NCBI GenBank assembly: GCA_037441385.1
Contig: JBBISH010000059.1
Location: forward strand, 1-38,226
Source of the DNA: Myxococcales bacterium
GTDB lineage: Bacteria; Myxococcota_A; UBA9042
Length of the DNA: 38,226 nt
Reading direction: 5' to 3'
Made by a program: the position numbers and the translations under genes. The notes under the pieces are model-generated. The model was not told the origin of the DNA. It worked only from the letters and a program-made list of their open reading frames with translations, and made no database searches. Position 1 is the first letter of the stretch. Every line of letters begins with the position of its first letter. Below are positions 25,582 to 33,435 of this stretch, piece after piece.

Positions 25582-27660
25582 ATGCGCAACTTCAAATTCC
25601 TTGCCGCGCCGCTGGCCGTCGGGCTGCTCTGGACCGCCGCATGCGGCACCACTGGCACGGCGGGAGGGGCGACGGCCAGTCCCAGCGATGCGGCCGCAAC
25701 CGGCTCCGACACGACAACCGGCTCCGACACGACAACCGGCTCCGACACTGCCGCTGCCTTGGACTCCGCCACGCCTGTCGACAGCGGCGCTAGCGACACC
25801 GCGACCCTCAGCGACGCTGGTAGCTGCCCCGAAGGAACTCCCTGCGACGACGGCCAGTTGTGTACCACCGGCGACCAGTGCAAGGGCGGCGTGTGCGTCG
25901 GCATCCCCAAGGACTGCAGCGGCGGCGTGGGCCCATGCAAGGTCGGCACGTGCGAGCCCAACAGCGGCCTGTGCCTGATCAGCGACAAACAAGGCGACTG
26001 CGACGACGGCAATCCCTGCACCCAAGCAGACTTCTGCGTCGTGGGCGTGTGCAGCGGCTACCCCATCCAGGGCTGCTGCGTTCCCAACTGCACCGGCAAG
26101 GTCTGCGGCGACGACGGCTGCGGCAAGCCCTGCGGCACCTGCCAGGCCGGCGAAGTCTGCGGCAACGGCACCTGCGTCAAGGACGCCCCGGCTGGCGAGT
26201 CCTGTGTCGATGCCAAAGAAATTCCCTCGCTCCCGTACAAGCACGTCGGCACCACCAAGGGCCGCAAGAACGACCTGAACGTCCCCGAGGCCGCCTGCTA
26301 CAGCTCGCCGCTGGGCACCTACAGCCCCGACGTCGTCTACCGCTACACCGCCCCAGCCGACATGACCGTCGGCGTTGCGCTCACCGGCTACAGCAACAAG
26401 CCGGCCTTCTACGTACTCGGTGACTGTGCTGACACCAAGAACACCTGTCTGGTCGGGCAGTTGGGCTATGGTCAGCCGTCGCTCGGTCCGTCCTACGCCG
26501 CGCTGAAGAAGGGCCAGACGGCCTACCTCGTCGTGGACGCGGACGACGACGGCGGCGACTATACCCTGGACGTCACCGCGTGCACGCCCGACTGCAACGG
26601 CAAACAGTGCGGCACCGATGGCTGCGGCGGCGTGTGCGGCTACTGCCAAAAGCTCTCGTCTTACGAGTGCAGCACGGCGGGTACCTGCGTCTGTGTGCCC
26701 AATTGCTACCAGAAATCCTGCGGTTCAGACGGCTGCGGCGGCACCTGTGGCAGCGCCTGTGGGCCCGGCCTAGAGTGCGACGACGGCAGCATGCAAGGCC
26801 AATTCACCGGCAACTGCGTCAAGCCCGGCCAACTCGGCGACACGTGCAAAACCGCGATTCCCGCGACGATCTCGCCCTTCACCTACAACGGTGACACCAC
26901 CGGACTGGGCAACAACCTGTACGCCTGGTCGTTCTGCCAGGGCAATGGCACCGGCGCCTACTACGGCGACGAGGCCCCCGACCAAGTCTTTGCGCTGGGC
27001 GGCAAGGCCGCTGGGACGTGGTTCGTCGAGCTCACCAAGGCCAGCACGATGCTGGAGATCTATGCGGTCACCGACTGCAGCGACCCGATCTCGTGCCAGC
27101 AGGCCGGCTACCACGGCTATTCGCTCAAGACGCAGCTCTTGGTCGAAAGCCCAACCAACGCGCCTATTTACGTGGTCGTCGACGGCTACAACACCCAGGC
27201 CGGCACCTACACGCTCAAGGCGACGAAGTGCACGACCCCCAGCGACTGCCCAGAGGCCACCGCAGGCGACTACTGCACGCTGGGCATCCCGGTGACCGCC
27301 TTGCCATTCAAAGCCAACGGAAGTTTGGGCATCGACAGCTACTACTTGCCCAAGGGTGCCTGCGGCGCGCCCAAACCCCTGGGCAAGGGCGGCGGCAACA
27401 CCGCCTATCGCTTTACGGCAAGCAAGACGGGTAGTTACACGGTCAAGGTCGTCGGGACCGGCGGCATGGACCCCATCGTCTACGCTGCCAAGGACTGCAC
27501 GCAGCTCGCGACCACCTGCGCAGGTTTTGCCGACAAGACGGGCCTGGCCGGCACCGAGACGCTCACCTTCAATGCGAAATCGGGCGAGGAATGGTTCGTG
27601 GTCGTGGACGGGCCGACCAGCGTCGATGGCCAGTTTTCGATCGAAATTGCAGGACCTTAA
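25582..27660 (+). CDS. Cys-rich lipoprotein with repeated beta-sandwich (PPC-like) domains
   Basis: AGGA SD, lipobox TAAC, CDDG..CT and C.P.C.GK.CG.DGCGG.CG repeats, and three GxxC-initiated domains containing DVVY/DQVF...VVD...G.YTL. Confidence 0.8.
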   Translation: MRNFKFLAAPLAVGLLWTAACGTTGTAGGATASPSDAAATGSDTTTGSDTTTGSDTAAALDSATPVDSGASDTATLSDAGSCPEGTPCDDGQLCTTGDQCKGGVCVGIPKDCSGGVGPCKVGTCEPNSGLCLISDKQGDCDDGNPCTQADFCVVGVCSGYPIQGCCVPNCTGKVCGDDGCGKPCGTCQAGEVCGNGTCVKDAPAGESCVDAKEIPSLPYKHVGTTKGRKNDLNVPEAACYSSPLGTYSPDVVYRYTAPADMTVGVALTGYSNKPAFYVLGDCADTKNTCLVGQLGYGQPSLGPSYAALKKGQTAYLVVDADDDGGDYTLDVTACTPDCNGKQCGTDGCGGVCGYCQKLSSYECSTAGTCVCVPNCYQKSCGSDGCGGTCGSACGPGLECDDGSMQGQFTGNCVKPGQLGDTCKTAIPATISPFTYNGDTTGLGNNLYAWSFCQGNGTGAYYGDEAPDQVFALGGKAAGTWFVELTKASTMLEIYAVTDCSDPISCQQAGYHGYSLKTQLLVESPTNAPIYVVVDGYNTQAGTYTLKATKCTTPSDCPEATAGDYCTLGIPVTALPFKANGSLGIDSYYLPKGACGAPKPLGKGGGNTAYRFTASKTGSYTVKVVGTGGMDPIVYAAKDCTQLATTCAGFADKTGLAGTETLTFNAKSGEEWFVVVDGPTSVDGQFSIEIAGP
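25697..25748 (+). repeat. 18-bp coding tandem repeat (TGSDTT x~3)
   Basis: CAACCGGCTCCGACACGA at 25697 and 25715, partial copy at 25733. Confidence 0.9.
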
Positions 27661-27929
27661 GCCTTGTAGAGCGTCCAGATCCCAACCGCCACAAAGCCGA
27701 CGCCGGCCAGTCGCGTCAGCCACTGCGGGTCCACGACCCTACTTACTGCATCGCCTGCGAGCACGCCCAGCGCCGAGGTGGCGACCAGCGCCAGCGCCGA
27801 GGCGGCAAAGACGGTGAGCTTGGGATTCTCGGCCTTCGCCGCAAAGAGCAGGGTCGCCAGCTGGGTTTTGTCGCCCAACTCGGCCAAGAAGACGCTGACG
27901 AAGACGGTGAAGAAAAGCTGGCTGTTCAT
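27657..27929 (-). CDS. TMEM165/GDT1 (UPF0016) family single-repeat protein
   Basis: Signature FLAELGDKTQLAT, ~90 aa, three hydrophobic segments. Shares a TTAA stop overlap with the convergent gene. Confidence 0.9.
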   Translation of the reverse strand: MNSQLFFTVFVSVFLAELGDKTQLATLLFAAKAENPKLTVFAASALALVATSALGVLAGDAVSRVVDPQWLTRLAGVGFVAVGIWTLYKA

Positions 27930-28232
27930 GGCCGCGAGCATGCCGCAAGTCTGCGGAGACGCCAAACGTCGGCTGGCAAGCGGACTGACGAATACATGAC
28001 AGCTTGCGTCGATTTCTGACAGTTCTTGACAGAAACGCGGAAGATCCGGCCTGCCCCGCGGGTTATGGGGACTCTGCCCCTACGATTGGGGTCTGTCTCG
28101 AAACAAGTCGATCGCTTCTGAACGCCGCCGCGGCGAATCGGCCCAAAGGCCGTGAGCTTGCGGCCCACCCAGCAGCCGAAATGCTCAAGTTAACTCATTA
28201 CAGAGCCTTAGCCGGCAGCCCAAGGAGTTTCC

Positions 28233-28730
28233 ATGGCCACTTTCCCTTCAATCCTCAACCCTTCTCGCTTGGCCCCCGCTCGGGTCTTCCGCGTTGCCGT
28301 CCTGGCCCTGGCCTTGGGGGCGTGCAGCAGCGTGCAGCACCTAGAGCTGCGCGACACGCCCGTCTATACGCTGGACGACCTGCGCGGCAAACCCGACGAG
28401 GCCGTCAAGCGCGCCATGACCTTGGCCCAGCCGATTGCCGTCCACTTCAAGAAGGGCGACGAGCTCTCGCTCAACCTGGGCATGGATGTGCCTGGACTGA
28501 CGCTGGTTCCCAGCGCGCAGCCCGCCAAGCTGCGCCTAGACCGCGACCTGTACGGCTACTTTGACGGCAAGTACTTGTGGCTCAGCCCCGACGGCGATCA
28601 GTGGGCGAAAATCGACGACCACAAGGGCCTGCGCAAGCTCTTTGGCTTGGGGCGCGGCAGCTTCCAAGTCGGTGCCGGCGTGACGGCCGGCGAAGGGGCC
28701 GTCCTCAGCGTCAAGGTGGGGATGCGCTGA
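28233..28730 (+). CDS. Hypothetical lipoprotein
   Basis: AAGGAG SD before ATG, lipobox LGAC, coding-like codon pattern. Confidence 0.7.
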   Translation: MATFPSILNPSRLAPARVFRVAVLALALGACSSVQHLELRDTPVYTLDDLRGKPDEAVKRAMTLAQPIAVHFKKGDELSLNLGMDVPGLTLVPSAQPAKLRLDRDLYGYFDGKYLWLSPDGDQWAKIDDHKGLRKLFGLGRGSFQVGAGVTAGEGAVLSVKVGMR

Positions 28731-28738
28731 GCCGCGGT

Positions 28739-28913
28739 TAGTACGCCAAATCTCAAGTTCGTTGGGGGTTGGAGTGGTTGGGGTACTAGGCGGCGTGAGC
28801 CGCACGCGGGGGTCGCAGGGGGCGGCGCGCCCCCTTTTGCCTACTGAAAAGGCTAGTACTACAAACCATTCGAGAGGCCCAACCCTGAACGGACTTCGGG
28901 TTTGTAGTACTAG
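28739..28913. repeat. Cluster of miniature inverted-repeat elements with TAGTAC termini around a GC hairpin
   Basis: TAGTACGCCAA (28739-28749) / TTGGGGTACTA (28778-28788), 10 of 11 matching. Hairpin AGGGGGCG-GCG-CGCCCCCT (28817-28835) followed by TTT. Perfect 15-bp IR CTAGTACTACAAACC (28853-28867) / GGTTTGTAGTACTAG (28899-28913). Confidence 0.8.
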
Positions 28914-29293
28914 TTACCCGACGGCGGCACGCACGCTTTGGCCTGGGTGGCCGGCTCGGCAAAAGTGATGCTGGACGAGCAGTTGGCCGCCACATCCGCG
29001 CCGCGCGAGGTGTTGCACTGGGTCTTGTCGGTGCACTGCAAGAAGCAGTAGTTGACCTTGTCCGTGTGGGTCACGCACAGCGAGCCGGCCGGGCAGTCGG
29101 CGTTCTTCTTGCAGTCCTTGACGCCGCAGTAGCCGCCCTTGAAGTTGGTCAGACAGGTCTGGCCCGCCTCAGTGCAGTCGGCCGACTTGGTGCAGGCGGC
29201 GCCCACGCCGTGTTTGACGGCCTCGGACTCGCTGCTGGTGCAGCCCGACGCGGCGATGCTGGTGAACATCAAGAACAATGCTAAACGACTCAT
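28910..29293 (-). CDS. Small Cys-rich lipoprotein
   Basis: AGGAG SD, lipobox ASGC, and C..DC...C...GGYC...C..DCP.GS.C repeat pattern. Confidence 0.8.
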   Translation of the reverse strand: MSRLALFLMFTSIAASGCTSSESEAVKHGVGAACTKSADCTEAGQTCLTNFKGGYCGVKDCKKNADCPAGSLCVTHTDKVNYCFLQCTDKTQCNTSRGADVAANCSSSITFAEPATQAKACVPPSGN

Positions 29294-29422
29294 GGTTCTC
29301 CTGGGGGGCGGATGAAAGTGCCACCAGGACTTTACCACGGCCGCTGGCAACGGACCAACGCCGGCTGACCGGCCCGTCCGCCAACTCCCGTCGCCGGCAA
29401 CTTCGTGCTACCCTTGCGCGCC

Positions 29423-30376
29423 ATGAGCACTGCCCAGCCGATCGCCCGCTTTGCCTGCCCCGCCGAGACCGAGAGCGACTGCCCCCACTGCGGCGGGCAC
29501 GACAGCGTCATCGACATCGCCGGGGCGGTCATCCAGGCCAAAGTCTGCGACCACATCCTGAGTTGCCGCACCTGCCGCGGCACCGGCTACCGGCCGGCCC
29601 GCGACAAACAGGGCTACGAGGTGCAGACCCCGTGCGCGCTGCGCGACCTGCGCCGGCGCGTGCAGCTCTTCAACGCCGCGCAGTTGCCCGCCCAATTCGC
29701 CGCGGCCACGCTGGCCAGCTACCAGCCGCGCTCGCCCAGCCAGCGCGATGCCCACATGCGGGTCGGCGCGTTTCTGGCGCACTTGGACCGCAATGGCGTG
29801 CTGCCGGGGGGCAAACTTCCAAGAGGCTTGCGGGGTTTGGCACTGTCCGGCCCGCCCGGCACCGGCAAGACTCACCTGCTGGTGGCGATGGCGCGCGCCT
29901 TGACGCTCGAGTACGGCGTCGCCGTGCACTTCGCCGACTTTTCGCAGCTGCTGTGGTCGCTCAAGGCCGGGTTTCAAGACGGGCAGGGCGAGGCCCAGCT
30001 CATCGCGCCGCTGGTCGAGGTCGAGGTCCTGCTGATCGACGAGCTGGGCAAAGGCCGCGCCAGCGAATGGGAAGTCGGGGTCCTGGACGCGCTGGTCGCC
30101 GGTCGCTACAACCGCGGCGGCGTCACCTTTGTGGCCACCAACTACGCCTTTGGCGACTTGGCGCTGCCCGCCGACGGCAATGCAGCCCACAAGCTGGCGC
30201 GCACGTTGGAGAAATCGCCCGACGGCCTGGAGGTCGAGGGTTTGGCCACGCGGGTGGGGCCGCGCATTTATTCGCGACTTTCGGCCATGTGCGACCTAGT
30301 GCGGGTAGAGGGCGCCGACGCCCGCCCCGGGTCGTGGCAATCGCCCGCGGCGCGACCGGCGCGGGGCAAAGCGTGA
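29423..30376 (+). CDS. DnaC/IstB-like AAA+ ATPase with N-terminal Cys (Zn-binding) motifs
   Basis: CPHCGG and CRTCRGTG motifs, Walker A GPPGTGKTHL, Walker B LLIDELG, ATNY, and C-terminal RVGPRIYSRLSAMC..V..EG.D.R. Confidence 0.85.
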   Translation: MSTAQPIARFACPAETESDCPHCGGHDSVIDIAGAVIQAKVCDHILSCRTCRGTGYRPARDKQGYEVQTPCALRDLRRRVQLFNAAQLPAQFAAATLASYQPRSPSQRDAHMRVGAFLAHLDRNGVLPGGKLPRGLRGLALSGPPGTGKTHLLVAMARALTLEYGVAVHFADFSQLLWSLKAGFQDGQGEAQLIAPLVEVEVLLIDELGKGRASEWEVGVLDALVAGRYNRGGVTFVATNYAFGDLALPADGNAAHKLARTLEKSPDGLEVEGLATRVGPRIYSRLSAMCDLVRVEGADARPGSWQSPAARPARGKA

Positions 30377-31623
30377 TCTGCCCGCGCTGCGAAGCCATCC
30401 AAGCCGACGCCGCCGAGTGCGCCTTTTGCGGCGTGGTCATCGCCAAGGCCAAAGTGGCCGCCAAACCAGAGGCTGCGGTCCCGGTCGCCGCGCCTGCCGC
30501 CGAACCACCGCGCGCCGCCAAGGCCGCGCCAAGCAAGCAAAATCCCGTGCTGCCGCTCACGCCGGTGGCCAGCCTTGTGCGCCTGAGTTCACGGCAGCGC
30601 GAGCAGTTGTTCATTCAAATCGAGCGTATGGCCCGCGCCGCCGTGCCGCTGCCCGAGGCGCTGATGCACGCCGGTGCGGTGCTGGGCGGGCCGGCCGAGC
30701 GGCCCCTGCAGAACCTGGCCGAGCGGTTGGCGGCGGGGGCCGAGCTACTCAGCGAAATGCAGAGGCTGCCCGGCTACTTTGATGCCATCGACCTGGCCAT
30801 GATCGCCGCGGCTCAGCACACCGGCAAGCTGCCCGAGGTCGCGCAACGGCTGGCGCAGCGACACGCTCACACGGCCAGCTTGACATCGCAACTGCTTGGA
30901 AGTCTTGCCTATCCGGCCTTCTTGGTGATCTCGTCGCTGCTCTTGTCGCCGGTTCAGGCGCTGCTGACCCAAGGCGTGGTGGCCTACTTGCTGGACGTGG
31001 CGACTTCGCTGGGCACCTTGGCCGCTGTGTGCTTTGGCGCTTGGCTGGGGCTACGCAAAGTGCAACGGGCGCCCGGCCGTTGGGACGCGCTGGCGCGCCT
31101 GGAGCCGCTGCCGGGTCTGGGCTATCTGCTGCGCGCGCGGCGGTTTTCGCTGGTCTTTGACGTGCTGGCGATGGCGCTGCAAGCCGGCTTGCCCTTGAGC
31201 CGGGCCCTGGAGCTGGCGGGCGCTGCGCCGGCCGAGAGAGCCATGGCTGCGGCCATCCAGAAAAGTCTGCAAAGTTTGCGCACCTCGCCGCTTTCGGCCA
31301 GTGTGCCGTTCTGGCCAGGGGCACCGGCCAAGACCAAAGAGCGGCTCGCGGCGGCCGAGCGTAGCGGTCATCTGCCCGAAGTGTTTGCCGAATTGGCCAG
31401 CGAGGCGCGCGAACGGCTCTCGGTGGGGCTGCGGCGGGCGTTGCTGCTGGTGCGCGGCTTGATCACCGCGGCGGCCATCGCGGTGGTGGCGTGGTCGCTG
31501 ATCAGCCAAGTGACCAAGCTGGCGTCGGATCCGTTTGCGGCGCTGCCTGGCGAAGAGGGCGAGCAGTTGCGCCGCGAGCTGGAGCAAGCGCTGCCGGGGC
31601 TGCTGGAGAAGCAGCTGAAATAG
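30373..31623 (+). CDS. Type II secretion system F/PilC-family inner membrane protein with N-terminal zinc ribbon
   Basis: GTGA overlap with the ATPase stop. CPRC..ECAFCG ribbon, two GspF repeats (AAVPLPEAL..AAQHTGKLPEV; AGLPLSRAL..AAERSGHLPEV) and LAYP before the TM segments. Confidence 0.82.
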   Translation: MICPRCEAIQADAAECAFCGVVIAKAKVAAKPEAAVPVAAPAAEPPRAAKAAPSKQNPVLPLTPVASLVRLSSRQREQLFIQIERMARAAVPLPEALMHAGAVLGGPAERPLQNLAERLAAGAELLSEMQRLPGYFDAIDLAMIAAAQHTGKLPEVAQRLAQRHAHTASLTSQLLGSLAYPAFLVISSLLLSPVQALLTQGVVAYLLDVATSLGTLAAVCFGAWLGLRKVQRAPGRWDALARLEPLPGLGYLLRARRFSLVFDVLAMALQAGLPLSRALELAGAAPAERAMAAAIQKSLQSLRTSPLSASVPFWPGAPAKTKERLAAAERSGHLPEVFAELASEARERLSVGLRRALLLVRGLITAAAIAVVAWSLISQVTKLASDPFAALPGEEGEQLRRELEQALPGLLEKQLK

Positions 31624-31635
31624 CTGGTGGGTTGG

Positions 31636-32184
31636 CTACTTCCCCGTGATGGTTCCGGTCACGTTGACATCCACCCGCAGCGTGACCGTGGCGTCGATGG
31701 TCGTGTCTTGAGCCGGCGAATGGCCGTCGACCTCGCTGGTCAGGCTCATCGCCGCAGCGGTGACGTACGGCTTGAGTTCGCCGTCGTCCAGCGTCAGGTC
31801 CACGCTGCCTTGGCCCGCCGCGAACGGTCCGCCGTGCGCCACCAAGAGCTTGGGCAAGTCCTTGGATTCAGCATAGAACTTGACCGACTTGAAGAAGGTC
31901 AGGTCCTGGCTAGTCGGCTTGCTGACCTTGAGCCGCAACAGCTTCAACTTGACCGAATCGATTTGGTTGGGCTTGACGCCCTGGTTCTTCATCTCGGCAG
32001 AACTGCTCAGGTTCATGTCGGTCCAGCCGGCAAAACCCAGCGGCTGCAGCAGTTGGCTCAAGACCGAGCCTTGGATGGTCGTCGAGGCGGTGCGCGTGAT
32101 GTCGAAGTCGTCGAGCGACGTGGAGACGCTGTTGCACGACGTCACTGCGGCGGCGATGGTTAGCAATACAACGGACTTACGCAT
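31636..32184 (-). CDS. Hypothetical lipoprotein
   Basis: AGGAG SD, lipobox VTSC, beta-rich sequence. Confidence 0.75.
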   Translation of the reverse strand: MRKSVVLLTIAAAVTSCNSVSTSLDDFDITRTASTTIQGSVLSQLLQPLGFAGWTDMNLSSSAEMKNQGVKPNQIDSVKLKLLRLKVSKPTSQDLTFFKSVKFYAESKDLPKLLVAHGGPFAAGQGSVDLTLDDGELKPYVTAAAMSLTSEVDGHSPAQDTTIDATVTLRVDVNVTGTITGK

Positions 32185-32202
32185 CGGAAGCTCCTGGCAA
32201 AA

Positions 32203-33435
32203 TCAAACGATCTCGGGCTGCTTCAGGCCGCGGGCCACTCCCAGTCCGACGGCCACCAGCAGACCACCCACCCAGAACGGCACCCGCAGGCCCAGCTCCA
32301 AGAATAGCCCGGCCGCGGCGGGACCAAGCACCCGCCCCAGCGCCGACATCGACTGGCCCAAACCCAGCGCCGCGCCTTGGCGATCCGGCCCAACCGAACG
32401 CGACAGCAGCCCGGTGACGGAGGGCGTGGTGATGCCCGAGCCCACCGCCAACAGCATGTTGGCTAGGACCATCAGCGGAAACAGGCCCGTCTCGCCCAGC
32501 ACCGGCAGGCTGAACATGCCCGCGATGAGCAGCGCCGAGCCGACGCTGATCAGCTTGGCCTCTCCGTACTTGCGCGCTAGCCGGCCGATCAGCCCGCCCT
32601 GCACCACCGCCATGGTCAGACCCACGCTGAGCATCGTGTAGGTGAACAACTTGGTCGCGGTCTTGTGGCCTACCGCGGCGGTGGCGGGCACCAGCGCCTC
32701 GGGCACAAACGCGCGCTCGATGTACATCGCCAGCACTTGCTCCATCAGGGCAAACCCAGTGGTGATCACAAGCGAAATGACCATCAGGCGGCGCACTTGA
32801 CCCAGCGACAGGATCTCTTGCCGCACTTCGCTGTGGTGCTTGCGCTCGGCTTCGGCGCCCGGCTTGCGCGTCTCGGGCAGCATGAAGAACGCCCAGACCC
32901 AGTTCGCCGCCGCCAGGCCCGCCGCCGCCAACGCTGGAGCCGCCAAGCTGATTTGCCCCAACGTGCCGCCCACCGCGGGCCCGATGACAAAGCCCAGCCC
33001 AAAGGCCATGCCGATCATGCCCATGCCCTTGGCGCGATCCTCGGGACCGGTCGAGTCGGCGATCACCGCCTGCGCTGCGCCGATGTTGGCGTTACCAAAG
33101 CCGGCCAGCATGCGCGCCGCGAACAACATCCACAGCGAGTTGGCGTAGGCAAACAGCGTAAAGCCGGTCAAGGAAATGAAGATCGAGAACAGCATCACCG
33201 GGCGGCGGCCGATGCGATCCGACAGGCGGCCCCAAAACGGCATGAACACGAACTGCATCAGCGAGTAGGCCGCGCCGATCAGCGTGACCACCGCCGGGCG
33301 CGCGCCAAACGACTCGGCATAGTACGACTGGATGGGGATGATCAGGCCAAAGCCGAGCAAGTCCAAGAATACGGTGGCGAAAACGATGCCGAGGGTGGCG
33401 CGCGAGGGCCGCGCCGGGGCAGGGGAAGCGGTCAT
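32203..33435 (-). CDS. MFS transporter (TetA/DHA1-like)
   Basis: FLDLLGFGLIIP, motif A GRLSDRIGRRP, motif C GFVIGPAVGG, ~12 TM segments. ATGA overlap with the upstream gene. Confidence 0.92.
   Translation of the reverse strand: MTASPAPARPSRATLGIVFATVFLDLLGFGLIIPIQSYYAESFGARPAVVTLIGAAYSLMQFVFMPFWGRLSDRIGRRPVMLFSIFISLTGFTLFAYANSLWMLFAARMLAGFGNANIGAAQAVIADSTGPEDRAKGMGMIGMAFGLGFVIGPAVGGTLGQISLAAPALAAAGLAAANWVWAFFMLPETRKPGAEAERKHHSEVRQEILSLGQVRRLMVISLVITTGFALMEQVLAMYIERAFVPEALVPATAAVGHKTATKLFTYTMLSVGLTMAVVQGGLIGRLARKYGEAKLISVGSALLIAGMFSLPVLGETGLFPLMVLANMLLAVGSGITTPSVTGLLSRSVGPDRQGAALGLGQSMSALGRVLGPAAAGLFLELGLRVPFWVGGLLVAVGLGVARGLKQPEIV

Noticed and set aside
27930..28232. yybP-ykoY (Mn) riboswitch upstream of the GDT1 gene
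   Set aside because: I could not find the conserved riboswitch core by eye on the minus strand; an Rfam scan would be needed.
29423..30376. IS21 element (istB)
   Set aside because: There is no adjacent istA transposase or terminal inverted repeats, and the N-terminal Cys motifs fit a DnaC-like loader.
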